The notes beneath the pieces are model-generated. The model did no database searches. It worked only from the letters and a program-made list of their open reading frames with translations, and was not told the origin of the DNA. The translations under genes and the position numbers were made by a program. Below, in pieces: positions 1 to 10,093 of a stretch of 48,941 nt of DNA (positions within the stretch are counted from its first letter, which is position 1; every line of letters begins with the position of its first letter). Source of the DNA: Bacteroidota bacterium (lineage in GTDB: Bacteria > Bacteroidota > Bacteroidia > Cytophagales > Cyclobacteriaceae); contig JBCCIX010000001.1 in assembly GCA_039028075.1 (NCBI GenBank), forward strand, positions 1 to 48,941. The letters are read 5' to 3'.

Positions 1-187
1 TTATTTGACCCTGATTGGTAAAATAGGTGCTGATAAAGGAGCATATGTAATTGTGGTGGTTCCTATCATTGCCCTCGTCATCTCAACTGTATTTGAAAAT
101 TATCAGATTACATTGCCTGCAATTGGCGGTATGTTCTTAATTGTACTGGGAAATGTACTTGCACTGAGAAAAAAGAAAACTATTTAG
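1..187 (+). CDS. EamA/DMT family transporter, C-terminal part (truncated by window edge)
   Basis: Open frame from the window start; YLTLIGKIGADKGAYVIVVVPIIALVISTVFE followed by a further TM helix is the typical EamA C-terminal pattern. Confidence 0.8.
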   Translation, partial: YLTLIGKIGADKGAYVIVVVPIIALVISTVFENYQITLPAIGGMFLIVLGNVLALRKKKTI

Positions 188-453
188 TGCCTCCCGAATC
201 CCTGACGGACAGAGCACCGTATTTCTCAGGATGTGGCAGAGATCACAACGGAATGATGTTTTTCAACCGAACACCTGGTGATGCGTTTTTAAACCGCTCA
301 ATGATAATAAATATGAGCAAACCTCTTGGCAGACAGGTCGGTCTCAGCGGCTGTCCTATATTTTCACTCGTTCTTTTTACTAATCGCTTTTTGCCTCTCT
401 TTTCAAAAAGAGATTCAGAAAGGTCATAGTTTTTTTATTTCTACAAGGCTGAT

Positions 454-2115
454 CTAATTCTCTGCAAGGTATTCATGTACAAACTTGATCGCCATGGCCC
501 CCTCACCCACCGCCGAGGCCACCCTATTCATAGCTCCCGCACGTACATCTCCGGCAGCAAATATGCCCGGGCTACAGGTTTCTAGTAGGTAAGGTTCTCT
601 TTCAAGCTTCCATATTTTTTTGAAGTTTTCATATTTGCCAAGGCTGTTACCAGTTTCAATGAAGCCCTTTTGGTCCTTAATGATATCCAGTTCAAGCCAG
701 TCGGTGTAAGGCTTAGCGCCTATAAAAATCAGCAATGCCCCGGCATCCACCCTTTTTTCTTCTTGCAGCTCATTATTTCGTAGGGTGAGTTGCTTAAGTC
801 TACCATTTCCGTGGGCTTCCAGTATTTCTGAGCAACCCAACACATACACATTCTCAGTTCCATTAATTTGATCGATCAGGTATTGAGACATACTGCTGCT
901 TAAATCTGGCTTTCTGATCAGAATCGATACAGATTTCGCAAAATTTGAAAGGTACATAGCGGCCTGACCGGCCGAGTTTCCTCCACCAACTATGTACACA
1001 TCCTGCCCGCGGCACGCGTTTGCTTCCGTGTTGGCAGCCCCGTAGTATATACCGGCACCCGTAAAGTTATCCAGGCCCTTGGCCTCCAGCTTTCTGTAAT
1101 TAACGCCTGTGGTTATAATAACACTGCGAGCATTGATCTCTTTACCGTCGGCCAATTCCAGTATTTTGTAGTTTTCTCTCAGCTTTATCCCAATGACCTC
1201 TACCGGTGAAAGAAATTCAATTCCAAAACGCGTCGCTTGCGTTATAGCCCTTCTTGATAGTTCTGCTCCACTCAATCCTTTAGGGAAACCCAAATAATTC
1301 TCTATACGAGAGCTAGTACCGGCCTGACCCCCGGGAGCTCTTTTTTCAATGAGCAAGGTGTTCACTCCTTCAGAACCACCATAAACGCCTGCCGCCAAGC
1401 CTGCCGGGCCCGCGCCTATTATTGCAACATCGTACATTTTTTGCTGAGCAACGGCTATCATACCCACGTTCTCTGCGATTTTAGTAAGCGTGGGATTTAC
1501 CAGATAAGTTCCATCGGTAAAGAAAACTACGGGCACATCTTTTTCTTCAATGCCATTTAACTGCAGAAGTTCTGCTCCTTTCTCGCTCGTTTCAATACCT
1601 AGCCACTGGTAGGGGATGAGATTACCCGAGAGAAAATCTTTTATGGCATGTGATTTTGGTGACCACTGGTAGCCAACTATTTTAATGCCATCAAAATCTG
1701 GCTTAAAATTACTCTGCCATTCATCCAATTGATCATTAAGCACGGGATATAGCTTTTCCTCAGGAGGATCCCAGGGTTTCATGAGGTAATAATCCAGTTG
1801 TACTTCATTGATCGCTTTGATGGCCGCATCTGTATCAGAATAAGCGGTGAGTAATATCCTTTTAGCTTCAGGAAATAACTGCTTGGCGTGCTCTAAAAAT
1901 TCAACGCCCAACATTTCTGGCATCCGCTGATCACTAATGAAAAGTGCTATATGCTCTCCTTTGTTCTTCAGGTCTTTTAATGAATCTAACGCTTCTTTAG
2001 CTGATTCTGTGGCCAAAATTCTGTACGACTTTTTATAAGCTTCTCGTAAGTCACGCACTACTGCCCGTAATACCGCAGGGTCATCATCAATGGCGAAAAT
2101 GATTGGTTTTTTCAT
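454..2115 (-). CDS. Receiver-domain / glutaredoxin-like / thioredoxin-reductase-like FAD oxidoreductase fusion
   Basis: N-terminal REC (IDDD, ISDQRMP, LLTAY, MKPW); GAGPAG FAD motif, GGQAGTSSRIENYLGFP, GGGNSAG NAD(P)H motif, GIFAAGD. Confidence 0.9.
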   Translation of the reverse strand: MKKPIIFAIDDDPAVLRAVVRDLREAYKKSYRILATESAKEALDSLKDLKNKGEHIALFISDQRMPEMLGVEFLEHAKQLFPEAKRILLTAYSDTDAAIKAINEVQLDYYLMKPWDPPEEKLYPVLNDQLDEWQSNFKPDFDGIKIVGYQWSPKSHAIKDFLSGNLIPYQWLGIETSEKGAELLQLNGIEEKDVPVVFFTDGTYLVNPTLTKIAENVGMIAVAQQKMYDVAIIGAGPAGLAAGVYGGSEGVNTLLIEKRAPGGQAGTSSRIENYLGFPKGLSGAELSRRAITQATRFGIEFLSPVEVIGIKLRENYKILELADGKEINARSVIITTGVNYRKLEAKGLDNFTGAGIYYGAANTEANACRGQDVYIVGGGNSAGQAAMYLSNFAKSVSILIRKPDLSSSMSQYLIDQINGTENVYVLGCSEILEAHGNGRLKQLTLRNNELQEEKRVDAGALLIFIGAKPYTDWLELDIIKDQKGFIETGNSLGKYENFKKIWKLEREPYLLETCSPGIFAAGDVRAGAMNRVASAVGEGAMAIKFVHEYLAEN

Positions 2116-2573
2116 GCTTGCAATGTGAATGTGAAAGGGAAATTCTACAATTTTTATTGATTATTTTTTCTATTGCTTTTGATGAAATCTACGTGTAGTT
2201 AAAACTCAATAAGCAATCAATTTGTCAAAAACCACCGTGCGATCACGACTTGTTTTTTCGGGAAGGAAAAATTTTGAGGGCTTAAACCAGCCTTTGGACC
2301 CTTTTGTCGAGCTTCTACAACGCTTCAAAGGCAGTAGATTTACCTTACTATACTCACGGTTCCAATCTTCAGCCCAAGTGGGTCTAATATCATGCGAGCA
2401 TTGTCTGGCAATCTCTGATTCTGGTATGTACTCAAGTAGAACACTGATTACTTTCCAAAATTGGCCCCACGATGTAGTTGAGCCCTGGTGGAACTGTAAC
2501 ACACGTATTCCAGTGGTGCAGATCATAGCTTGCATTTTTTTCTGCAATGTCACGCGATATTCCTGTTTAGCAT

Positions 2574-3965
2574 TCACTCTTTTGGTAAACAAATGGTAAA
2601 GGTGGTCTTACCTGGTTTTGAGCTTACTCCCAAAGAACCATTGTGTTGCGAAATTATTTTCCGGACCACATCCAACCCCAGGCCTGTACCCTTACCGACA
2701 GGTTTGGTGGTAAAGAAGGGGTCAAATATTTTATCCTGAACCTCGTCAGGTATGCCGGAGCCGGAGTCGGTAATATTAACATTTATAAAATCCCCTTCGT
2801 GAATAGTCTCAATTTCAAGTTTTTTACGTTCTGCATTTTCCATAGCATCGATTGCGTTGTCGATGAGATTAGTCCAGACTTGGTTCATTTCACTAATATA
2901 AACCGATACATCAGGTAGGTCAGCGAACTTTTTTTCGACCTCAATCCCACCTTTATTAAGTTTATGTTTGAGCATAGTAAGCGTGTTATGTATACCGGTA
3001 TGAATATTAGTGAGTTGCTTTTCCGGTGCCTGGTCCATATGCGTATAACTCTTTACCGATAACACTAAGTCATTGATCCGTTGAGAAGCATCTTCGATTT
3101 CGTTCACCAACTTTTCGGTGGTCAAAACCTGGTTGAGCCAATTAACTACGGGCAGAAGGTCTTCAGCCCTGAGGCAGCTTTCTATCGTTTCAAAATCTTG
3201 CTGGGTGAAAGCAAAATCAACAAAATTTTCTGCTAACTCGTAGCCATCTTCTACTCCTTTTTCTTCTAGCCACTCGGCGATGATATCCTCACGTTCTGTT
3301 TTTTGCATAAGTGGCATATTATGAACCCCTTGCTCCACACGTCCAAAAAGTATATTATTTACGCAGTCCACCTGCTCATCGGTTGCTCTAATTTTAATGA
3401 CCTTTTTAAAGTTTTCCGGAAGTAACGAAAGATGTCGCTTAAGTGATTGTGCACTTCTTACCACCGCAGCAGAGGGATTATTGAGTTCATGCGCGAGGCC
3501 CGCGGATAATTTGCCCAAGGCCATCATTTTGTCATTTTGTTGCTGAAGCCTGGTGAAAGATCGTATCCTTGAACTCATAGTATGTACCAAGGCTGTGGTA
3601 AGCTCCTCGTGCTCTCGGATCATAGTTTTGAAGTGATCTCTACCAAGAACTAAAACACGGCTTGCTGTGAGCGCCTCAGCGTACCCTGATGCTGCAACCG
3701 CACGGGAATAGGGCAGTGCACCTGAAATGGTCTTAGGTTCAATAACGCTGATGTTTCGGAATTGACCGTTCTGAGCGATTCTAATTTGAAACCGGCCGGT
3801 TAACACTATGAACATCTTGTCCATTGGATCACCTTTGGTAAAAAGATGCTCACCAGGCTCATAGGCTGCGCAGGATCCGTGATCAATGATCCATTGTAAC
3901 TGAGCATCGGGAACATCCCCAAAATCGTCAATGGTTTTTAGTTGACTGAGAACATCTATTTCCAT
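2574..3965 (-). CDS. Cytoplasmic histidine kinase with N-terminal cyclic-nucleotide-binding-like domain
   Basis: cNMP-fold pattern (GEHLFTKGD..MFIVLTG); H-box LAHELNNP; N-box NLIDNAIDA; DSGSGI, FDPFFTTK, GTGLGL. Confidence 0.9.
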   Translation of the reverse strand: MEIDVLSQLKTIDDFGDVPDAQLQWIIDHGSCAAYEPGEHLFTKGDPMDKMFIVLTGRFQIRIAQNGQFRNISVIEPKTISGALPYSRAVAASGYAEALTASRVLVLGRDHFKTMIREHEELTTALVHTMSSRIRSFTRLQQQNDKMMALGKLSAGLAHELNNPSAAVVRSAQSLKRHLSLLPENFKKVIKIRATDEQVDCVNNILFGRVEQGVHNMPLMQKTEREDIIAEWLEEKGVEDGYELAENFVDFAFTQQDFETIESCLRAEDLLPVVNWLNQVLTTEKLVNEIEDASQRINDLVLSVKSYTHMDQAPEKQLTNIHTGIHNTLTMLKHKLNKGGIEVEKKFADLPDVSVYISEMNQVWTNLIDNAIDAMENAERKKLEIETIHEGDFINVNITDSGSGIPDEVQDKIFDPFFTTKPVGKGTGLGLDVVRKIISQHNGSLGVSSKPGKTTFTICLPKE

Positions 3966-4002
3966 TGAATAAAACTACCCAATTCAGAGCGCGTGAAAAA
4001 TG

Positions 4003-4026
4003 AAAAGCCCAGCTAATCGGCCGGGC
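4003..4026 (-). terminator. Probable intrinsic terminator of the DoxX gene
   Basis: Minus strand GCCCGGC-CGATTA-GCTGGGC followed by TTTTCATTTTT, about 25 nt after the stop at 4051. Confidence 0.5.
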
Positions 4027-4050
4027 CATACCACTTTTATTTTCGGACGA

Positions 4051-4443
4051 CTAATCGGTAAAACTGGAAAAAACTTTCGGATTACGAAAGAAGCTAATGC
4101 CCCATATCACGATCAATAGAATGGATGGAGCGGTATAGTCTTGCACACTTTCTCCTCCCAACTCTTCCGGAGCCACGGATGCTCCCATGTGTGCCACAAT
4201 AGCGCCACCCATATAAGCACTTAGTAAAAGCGTTCCTAAAGATTGGGTTTTTGGAATTAGAAATAATATCGCAGATATCAATTCGCCAATTCCGATCATT
4301 AAAATTTCGTTTTCCGTAAAGCCAAAGTGGCTTAGCATTGGGCCCGCTGCCCCGGAGAGTTTACCAATGGCGCTTAAACTGAGGATAGCTGCAATAAGTC
4401 CACCAAGGACCCAACCGATAATCTTTTTAGTTTTTTCATTCAT
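4051..4443 (-). CDS. DoxX family membrane protein
   Basis: Four TM helices; SAIGKL, IGELISAILFLIPKTQSLGTLLLSAYMGGAIVAH. Confidence 0.85.
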   Translation of the reverse strand: MNEKTKKIIGWVLGGLIAAILSLSAIGKLSGAAGPMLSHFGFTENEILMIGIGELISAILFLIPKTQSLGTLLLSAYMGGAIVAHMGASVAPEELGGESVQDYTAPSILLIVIWGISFFRNPKVFSSFTD

Positions 4444-4616
4444 AATCGTCGAATTTAGATACGACTAAGCTAGCCAAATAAATGTTTAAACACTGATAAA
4501 TTACAGAAGTTTACTTTGTTTGAAATAATTGGTACGGTTTTTCGTAGCTTTATTTTGCGTCTGTAAGAAATCGTGTTTCATTTTCGCAGAGACACTTAAA
4601 GAAATACATAATTGCT

Positions 4617-5162
4617 ATGAAATTAAAATCCCTCCTTCTGATTCTATTTGGCTTTCTAGTTTTTGAAGCAAATGCCCAGGTCCTCAACAAGGTTTTTCCT
4701 GAAATGCAGACGGAAACTGTAGAAGATAAACCTGTGGTACTGCCGAAAGATGTGACCGGTAAGTTCACGTTACTGGGTTTAGCGTATTCTAAAAAATCAG
4801 AGAGCGACCTTAATACTTGGTTCAATCCCGTATTTTCCAAGTTCATCCAAAAAAGTGATGGCCTATTTGGCGGCTTTGGATATGATGTTAATGTATATTT
4901 TATTCCCATGTTCACGGGTGTAAAAGCGGCAGCTACCGGAACCGCCAAGAAAAAGGCCGCTAAGAACTTTGACCCGCAGCTTTTACCGAATATTTTATTC
5001 TACAAAGGGAAACTTAAGCCTTACAAAGAAGCGCTTGATTTTGAGAAAAAAGATGTGCCCTATTTTTTCGTTCTCGATGAAGAAGGTAAAATCGTTTACG
5101 CCACCTCAGGAAGATACTCCGACCGTAAAATGGATGAAATAGAGGAAGTACTGGACGAGTAA
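4617..5162 (+). CDS. Exported hypothetical protein, ATP10/thioredoxin-like fold
   Basis: Signal peptide ending ANAQ; FPEM..ETVEDKPVVLP start and PYFFVLDEEGKIVY..SG end are typical of thioredoxin-fold ATP10-like proteins; no CxxC. Confidence 0.6.
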   Translation: MKLKSLLLILFGFLVFEANAQVLNKVFPEMQTETVEDKPVVLPKDVTGKFTLLGLAYSKKSESDLNTWFNPVFSKFIQKSDGLFGGFGYDVNVYFIPMFTGVKAAATGTAKKKAAKNFDPQLLPNILFYKGKLKPYKEALDFEKKDVPYFFVLDEEGKIVYATSGRYSDRKMDEIEEVLDE

Positions 5163-5164
5163 AT

Positions 5165-5698
5165 TTATTGCTTTAGCTTTCCTGCAAATACCCTTTTTAT
5201 CTTATCTACTTTTGGTTTCACCACAAATTGGCAGTAGGGTTGTTCGCTATTGGAATTAAAGTAGTTCTGATGATAATCCTCGGCCTCATAGAATGTGCCA
5301 AGGGGCGTTATTTCCGTCACAACAGGATCATCGAAAGCATGAGACGCATCAAGCGCCTTTTTAGACTGCTCTGCCACTTTTTTTTGCTCATCATTATGAT
5401 AAAATATAGCTGAACGATACTGCGTCCCTACGTCAGCACCTTGACGGTTCAAGGTAGTGGGATCATGACTGCTCCAGAAAATTTCTAATAGTTCAGAGAA
5501 AGAGATTATACTCGGATTAAACGTTATCTGGGCAACTTCCGCGTGTCCGGTTTTTCCAGTACAAATCTCACGGTACGTAGGGTTTTCGATTCGACCACCC
5601 GTGTAACCTGATACTACCTCACCTACCCCCGCTATGCTTTGAAAAACCGCTTCTATGCACCAGAAACAGCCTGCACCTAATGTGGCCTTTTCAGTCAT
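5165..5698 (-). CDS. msrA: Peptide-methionine (S)-S-oxide reductase MsrA
   Basis: GCFWC, TGHAE, HDPTTLNRQGADVGTQYRS, AEDYHQNY. Confidence 0.97.
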   Translation of the reverse strand: MTEKATLGAGCFWCIEAVFQSIAGVGEVVSGYTGGRIENPTYREICTGKTGHAEVAQITFNPSIISFSELLEIFWSSHDPTTLNRQGADVGTQYRSAIFYHNDEQKKVAEQSKKALDASHAFDDPVVTEITPLGTFYEAEDYHQNYFNSNSEQPYCQFVVKPKVDKIKRVFAGKLKQ

Positions 5699-5722
5699 TC
5701 TTCTTTTTTATTCTTAAACCGT

Positions 5723-8089
5723 TTAATTGGAAATTGGTTCGCTATGCTTGGGTTGTTTTACCAACGGGATGGTAATTTGGAAACAAGCTCCTTTGCCTTC
5801 TTTTTTAACCACTTTTATTGTTCCTTTTAACTTGTCAATAGTTTCTTGTACAATATACAGACCAAGGCCGGTTCCTGATTTATTCTCATGCAATCGATAA
5901 AACATATCGAAGATCTTTTCTTGTTGATCTTCCGGAATACCCGGCCCACTGTCCGTAATTGACATGACCAGCTTGCCATTTTCACGGTATGCTTCTACCT
6001 CTATTTGCTTACGCCCGCCCTCTTCGTGACCGTATTTAATAGCATTACTGAGTATATTTCTTACCACTACCCTCAGCCGCGTGGGATCGGTAGTCACTTT
6101 CAGATCATCTTTGATGTGGATATATTTTTTTATCTCTTCAGCTCCGTCAATATATTTTAAGTCATCGAAAGAATTGTTTATGAGCTGTTTTAGATGGATT
6201 TCTTCGGGTTCCAAGTCAACACGAGCATTTCTAGAATAATCGATAATATCCTTTATGAATCGATCGAGTCTTTTAATGGATTTTTCCATCATGTCGTAAT
6301 ACAGTCCCGCACTGTTTTGGTCCTTTTCTTTTCGCAATAAACTGATTAAGCCTAGAACCGATGCTAAAGGAGCCTTAAGGTCGTGTGAGGCGCTGTAAAC
6401 GAAACTATCCAGTTCTTTATTTACTTTGGTGAGTATTTGGTTCTGACTAAGTAACTGCTCCTGTGCTATTACCCGCTTAGTGATGTCCTTGGAAAAGAAA
6501 GATATCCCCGTTACTTCGTTCTCATAACTGATTGGGAAAACGTGGATTTCATAATGCTTCTTTTCGCTCCCCACTTGATAGGAGTCATGATATACAGCCT
6601 TCTTGTTATCCAGGGCATTTTCGTACCTATTTTTCCAAAGTGTTCTCGTCTCTGTGTCAGGAATTAAATCCAGAATGTTTCTTCCCACTTCTACCTCAAT
6701 GTCATAAGCAAGCTTCCACTCGTAGGAAAAAACCGTATTGAATTCAATAATTTCAAACCTACTGTTAAGCGACCAAATGGAATTGTCGTAGTTATCAAGT
6801 ATGGATCGCAGGTTGATCTCTTTTTCCTGAATCGATTGAGTTCGCTCTGCTACCTTTTCTTCTAGTTCTTGATTTTTCCGTTGAATAAGATTTTTTTGGT
6901 CAGTCTCTTTCTGAAGAAGCTGCCGATATAACGCATACACTTTTACACTTAAACCGTAAGAAAGTATGCTAATGCAACTGACGTAACCAAAGTGAATAGC
7001 ATATTTAACCAAAATGCCATACGGCATAACGCGAAATAAGCTTAGGATAAATAAAAGTATGAAGCCACCGAAAACAACGTAAGCTACGAGAAAATAGACG
7101 GCCTGTGGGCGATTTCTTTTAACGGCAAGGATACCCATAAACAGCGTGACCGTAAGCACTAAAATGGCCACGTAGCTTAAATAAACAAAAGTGGCTTCAT
7201 TGTAGAATATACCAACCAAGGCAAGTGAAACCAGGATACCATAGATAAACCATTTGATCCCATTGTCGTATCCTGCTGACCACTCGGATACTCGCAGATA
7301 ATCTCGTAAAAACAACATCCCAACTATATTTGAAGATGCTGCAATGAACACATCATGGTAACCATTAGTCCAGTCGACCAGGAAATGAAAATATTGAGCC
7401 GTAAAACCATCCGCCGAACCGGTGAAAAGGGCTACCAAAAAAGTGTAAAGACCGCAAATAATAAAAACTCTGAATCTAGTGGCGATGAACAAAAGGAGAT
7501 TGTAGATCATCAAAACCACTAACGCCCCGTAAAATAATCCTAAAAATGTTCTTTCGTTAATATTTCTCTCCGTGGCAATTTCATCATCCATGATCTCCGC
7601 TGAGATGGTCATATTATTGGTAGAATAGATCTTAATATAGAGTGTGGTGATCGTGTCCGGTTCAATCTCGATTAGGAGGTTATTACGATTACCTGCGATG
7701 GATTTCTTGTTCTGGGTTATCGAAGTGCCGGAAAGGGCTTTAGTAAAGCCATCCTCCGCGGGGGAGTAGAGCTCTATTACATACAATGAGGGGTCGATAA
7801 AATCAATGACGAATTTTTCACGCTGGGCTAATGTGCTTTCGCAGGTAAGCTTAAGCCAGAGCTGGCCCTCGGTTTTAGGAAGTCTTAGACCATCTGTACT
7901 CAGTGGTATGAAATATCCTGAACTAAGTGCTGAAATAGCCTCGATGTCATAAGATTTGTTCTCATCGAGAAAGTACGAGATGTGCGGATTTAAGTTAATC
8001 GCAGTCTTCAACGAATTGAGCTTTAAAACCTCCTGGCTCAGTGAAGAAAACGAGATACAAATAAACAGCAGTATAGAAGTGACTCTCAT
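5723..8089 (-). CDS. 7TM-DISM / PAS sensor histidine kinase
   Basis: Signal peptide, extracellular domain (WLKL), 7 TM block starting GLFYGAL, PAS-like region, H-box SHDLKAPL, NILSNAIKY, GTGLGL. Confidence 0.9.
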   Translation of the reverse strand: MRVTSILLFICISFSSLSQEVLKLNSLKTAINLNPHISYFLDENKSYDIEAISALSSGYFIPLSTDGLRLPKTEGQLWLKLTCESTLAQREKFVIDFIDPSLYVIELYSPAEDGFTKALSGTSITQNKKSIAGNRNNLLIEIEPDTITTLYIKIYSTNNMTISAEIMDDEIATERNINERTFLGLFYGALVVLMIYNLLLFIATRFRVFIICGLYTFLVALFTGSADGFTAQYFHFLVDWTNGYHDVFIAASSNIVGMLFLRDYLRVSEWSAGYDNGIKWFIYGILVSLALVGIFYNEATFVYLSYVAILVLTVTLFMGILAVKRNRPQAVYFLVAYVVFGGFILLFILSLFRVMPYGILVKYAIHFGYVSCISILSYGLSVKVYALYRQLLQKETDQKNLIQRKNQELEEKVAERTQSIQEKEINLRSILDNYDNSIWSLNSRFEIIEFNTVFSYEWKLAYDIEVEVGRNILDLIPDTETRTLWKNRYENALDNKKAVYHDSYQVGSEKKHYEIHVFPISYENEVTGISFFSKDITKRVIAQEQLLSQNQILTKVNKELDSFVYSASHDLKAPLASVLGLISLLRKEKDQNSAGLYYDMMEKSIKRLDRFIKDIIDYSRNARVDLEPEEIHLKQLINNSFDDLKYIDGAEEIKKYIHIKDDLKVTTDPTRLRVVVRNILSNAIKYGHEEGGRKQIEVEAYRENGKLVMSITDSGPGIPEDQQEKIFDMFYRLHENKSGTGLGLYIVQETIDKLKGTIKVVKKEGKGACFQITIPLVKQPKHSEPISN

Positions 8090-8095
8090 ACGAAA

Positions 8096-9193
8096 CTAAT
8101 CACCAAAGGCAATATCTATACTCTTCGCAGCCTTAACGATAAAGGAATCTTTATCAATAAAATTGTAACTCTCGATAGCGTCCTTTAGCGCTACAGATGT
8201 AATTTCATTATTTAGATAAGAGACCATTTGTCCAAAATTACCTTCCAAAATGAGCTCAAATGCTTTAACTCCAAAAAGGGTAGCCAAAATCCTATCAAAG
8301 GCTACCGGAGTACCGCCGCGTTGCGTATGTCCTAATACGGTTTCGCGGATATCTGCTTTGCAACCCGCTTCTTTCAATTGTGTTGAGAGTTGATAGGCGA
8401 CACCTCCTAGACGAACGTTCTCGTACCCAAGCTCGTCGCTCTTCCGACTGACGATATTGCCATATTTAGGTTTAGCTCCTTCTGCGATCACTATGTTGGC
8501 AAATCCTTTACCTTTGGAATATCTTCGATTGATCTTAGTAACCACTTTATTAATATCATAGGGGATCTCAGGAATTAGGCAGACCTCAGCACCACCCGCA
8601 ATGGCTGTATGCAGAGCTATCCAACCCGCATCTCTGCCCATGACCTCCATAATCATAACCCGATGATGACTTTCTGCCGTACTAACTAATTTATCAAAAC
8701 TGTCTGTAGCTATTTGGACTGCTGTTTTAAAGCCAAATGTGAAGTCTGTGGCAGAAAGGTCATTATCTATGGTCTTAGGGACCCCAACCACTTTCAGACC
8801 TTTTTCAAACAAGCTTTGTGCGATGCGTTGAGAACCATCTCCGCCAATGCTAATCACCGCCTCCACGCCCAATTCGTCCAACCTTTTCAAAAGCTCACTG
8901 GATCTATCAACTGTTTCAACACTACCATCTCCTTTGGTTAGCGGATAGTCGAAAGGGTTTCCCTTATTCGTTGTTTTGAGAATGGTGCCACCTTTTACAT
9001 GGATGCCTGCCGTTGATTTGCCGTTAAGCTTCATAATTTCGACAGGATCTCTAAGTATGCCATTGTAAGCTTCAATACTTCCAATGACCTGCCAGCCTTT
9101 TTCCTGTCGCGCTCGTTTGGTTATACCTCTGATAACCGCGTTTAAGCCCGGGCAATCCCCACCCCCGGTTAAAACCAACACCTTTTTCTTCAT
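8096..9193 (-). CDS. pfkA: 6-phosphofructokinase, PfkA family (probably ATP-dependent)
   Basis: TGGGDCPGLN, GGTIL, GGDGS (Gly at the ATP/PPi specificity position), PKTIDND, EVMGR, LGHTQRGG. Confidence 0.92.
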   Translation of the reverse strand: MKKKVLVLTGGGDCPGLNAVIRGITKRARQEKGWQVIGSIEAYNGILRDPVEIMKLNGKSTAGIHVKGGTILKTTNKGNPFDYPLTKGDGSVETVDRSSELLKRLDELGVEAVISIGGDGSQRIAQSLFEKGLKVVGVPKTIDNDLSATDFTFGFKTAVQIATDSFDKLVSTAESHHRVMIMEVMGRDAGWIALHTAIAGGAEVCLIPEIPYDINKVVTKINRRYSKGKGFANIVIAEGAKPKYGNIVSRKSDELGYENVRLGGVAYQLSTQLKEAGCKADIRETVLGHTQRGGTPVAFDRILATLFGVKAFELILEGNFGQMVSYLNNEITSVALKDAIESYNFIDKDSFIVKAAKSIDIAFGD

Positions 9194-9694
9194 AGACAGA
9201 ACTCCATTAATTATAAGCTTAATTTAAGGAGTTTATTTATTGTACAGAATAAGAATGAATAATAAAATTATCTCATAAGAACATGATGCCTGCCTAGTCA
9301 GTCTCTTGCGCGTATATCTTGAATCTATAGGTTAGCTGATCTTTAAGGAGCTGTTGAAAACCACCTTTTGCCCCACGCTTCATTAGTTCAAATTACCGAT
9401 GCCCGGCAAAATTTTTGAAAAAAAGTGCCTGTAAAGCGTCCAAGAAAGGATTTTCCCTTCAAAGCTGAAAACTTTCCCCATCCGCCAATTGGCTGCCATT
9501 TAGGGTATTTAAAGGGTATTTTTAACGGGTTATTCTAAATCAAAAAATCTTTTCTCGAACACTAGTAATTACAATTTTAAAATCCTGGTTTCCGCCCAAT
9601 AAACCGCTGTTCTAAATTTTGAAAGCCTTGATTTGAACCAAAAATCGAATTATGCAAGGCTCCTTTTAATCGAGTGATGGGAGCGTCTGTTGCG

Positions 9695-10093
9695 TTAGTT
9701 ATTTTTGTGGTTGAGTCGATCAGCCACATATTCAATCTTTGTTTTCCCATGTGGCGACGGTTTTCCACGCTCATCCAAACTCACAAATACAATTTTGTCA
9801 ACGCTAAGTATTACTTCGCGATTGAGCTTATTGCGCACTTCACATTTGATCGTTAGTGAGGTTCGGCCAAAATGACTTGCTTCCATGCCAAGTTCTATAA
9901 TATCCCCCTGTTTGGCTGAACTTACAAAATTGATTTCAGATATGTACTTGGTTACACAACGATGGTTTTCCAATTGTACGATAGCATAAATGGCAGCTTC
10001 TTCATCTATCCAACGCAAAAGGCTGCCGCCAAACAGTGTCCCGTTGGCCTTGAGGTCTTCTGGCTTAACCCATTTTCTAGTATGAAAATTCAT
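9695..10093 (-). CDS. Acyl-CoA thioesterase (hotdog fold)
   Basis: DLKANGTLFGGSLLRWIDE, GRTSL, FVSLDERGKP. Confidence 0.9.
   Translation of the reverse strand: MNFHTRKWVKPEDLKANGTLFGGSLLRWIDEEAAIYAIVQLENHRCVTKYISEINFVSSAKQGDIIELGMEASHFGRTSLTIKCEVRNKLNREVILSVDKIVFVSLDERGKPSPHGKTKIEYVADRLNHKNN

Noticed and set aside
187-429. 80-aa plus-strand ORF
   Set aside because: GTG start, no recognisable motif or protein-like composition; likely spurious in a convergent spacer
2116-2599. Overlapping ORFs on both strands (2206-2592 minus, 2222-2599 plus) between the kinase and the oxidoreductase; I looked for a UBP-type zinc-finger gene
   Set aside because: No frame gave a recognisable motif and both ORFs overlap the kinase end; it may be a decayed gene but cannot be supported
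4030-4053. ACCACT...CGGACGACTA, and ACGACTAAGCT at 4461, resembling halves of REP family B
   Set aside because: No palindrome is preserved and the matches are short enough to be chance
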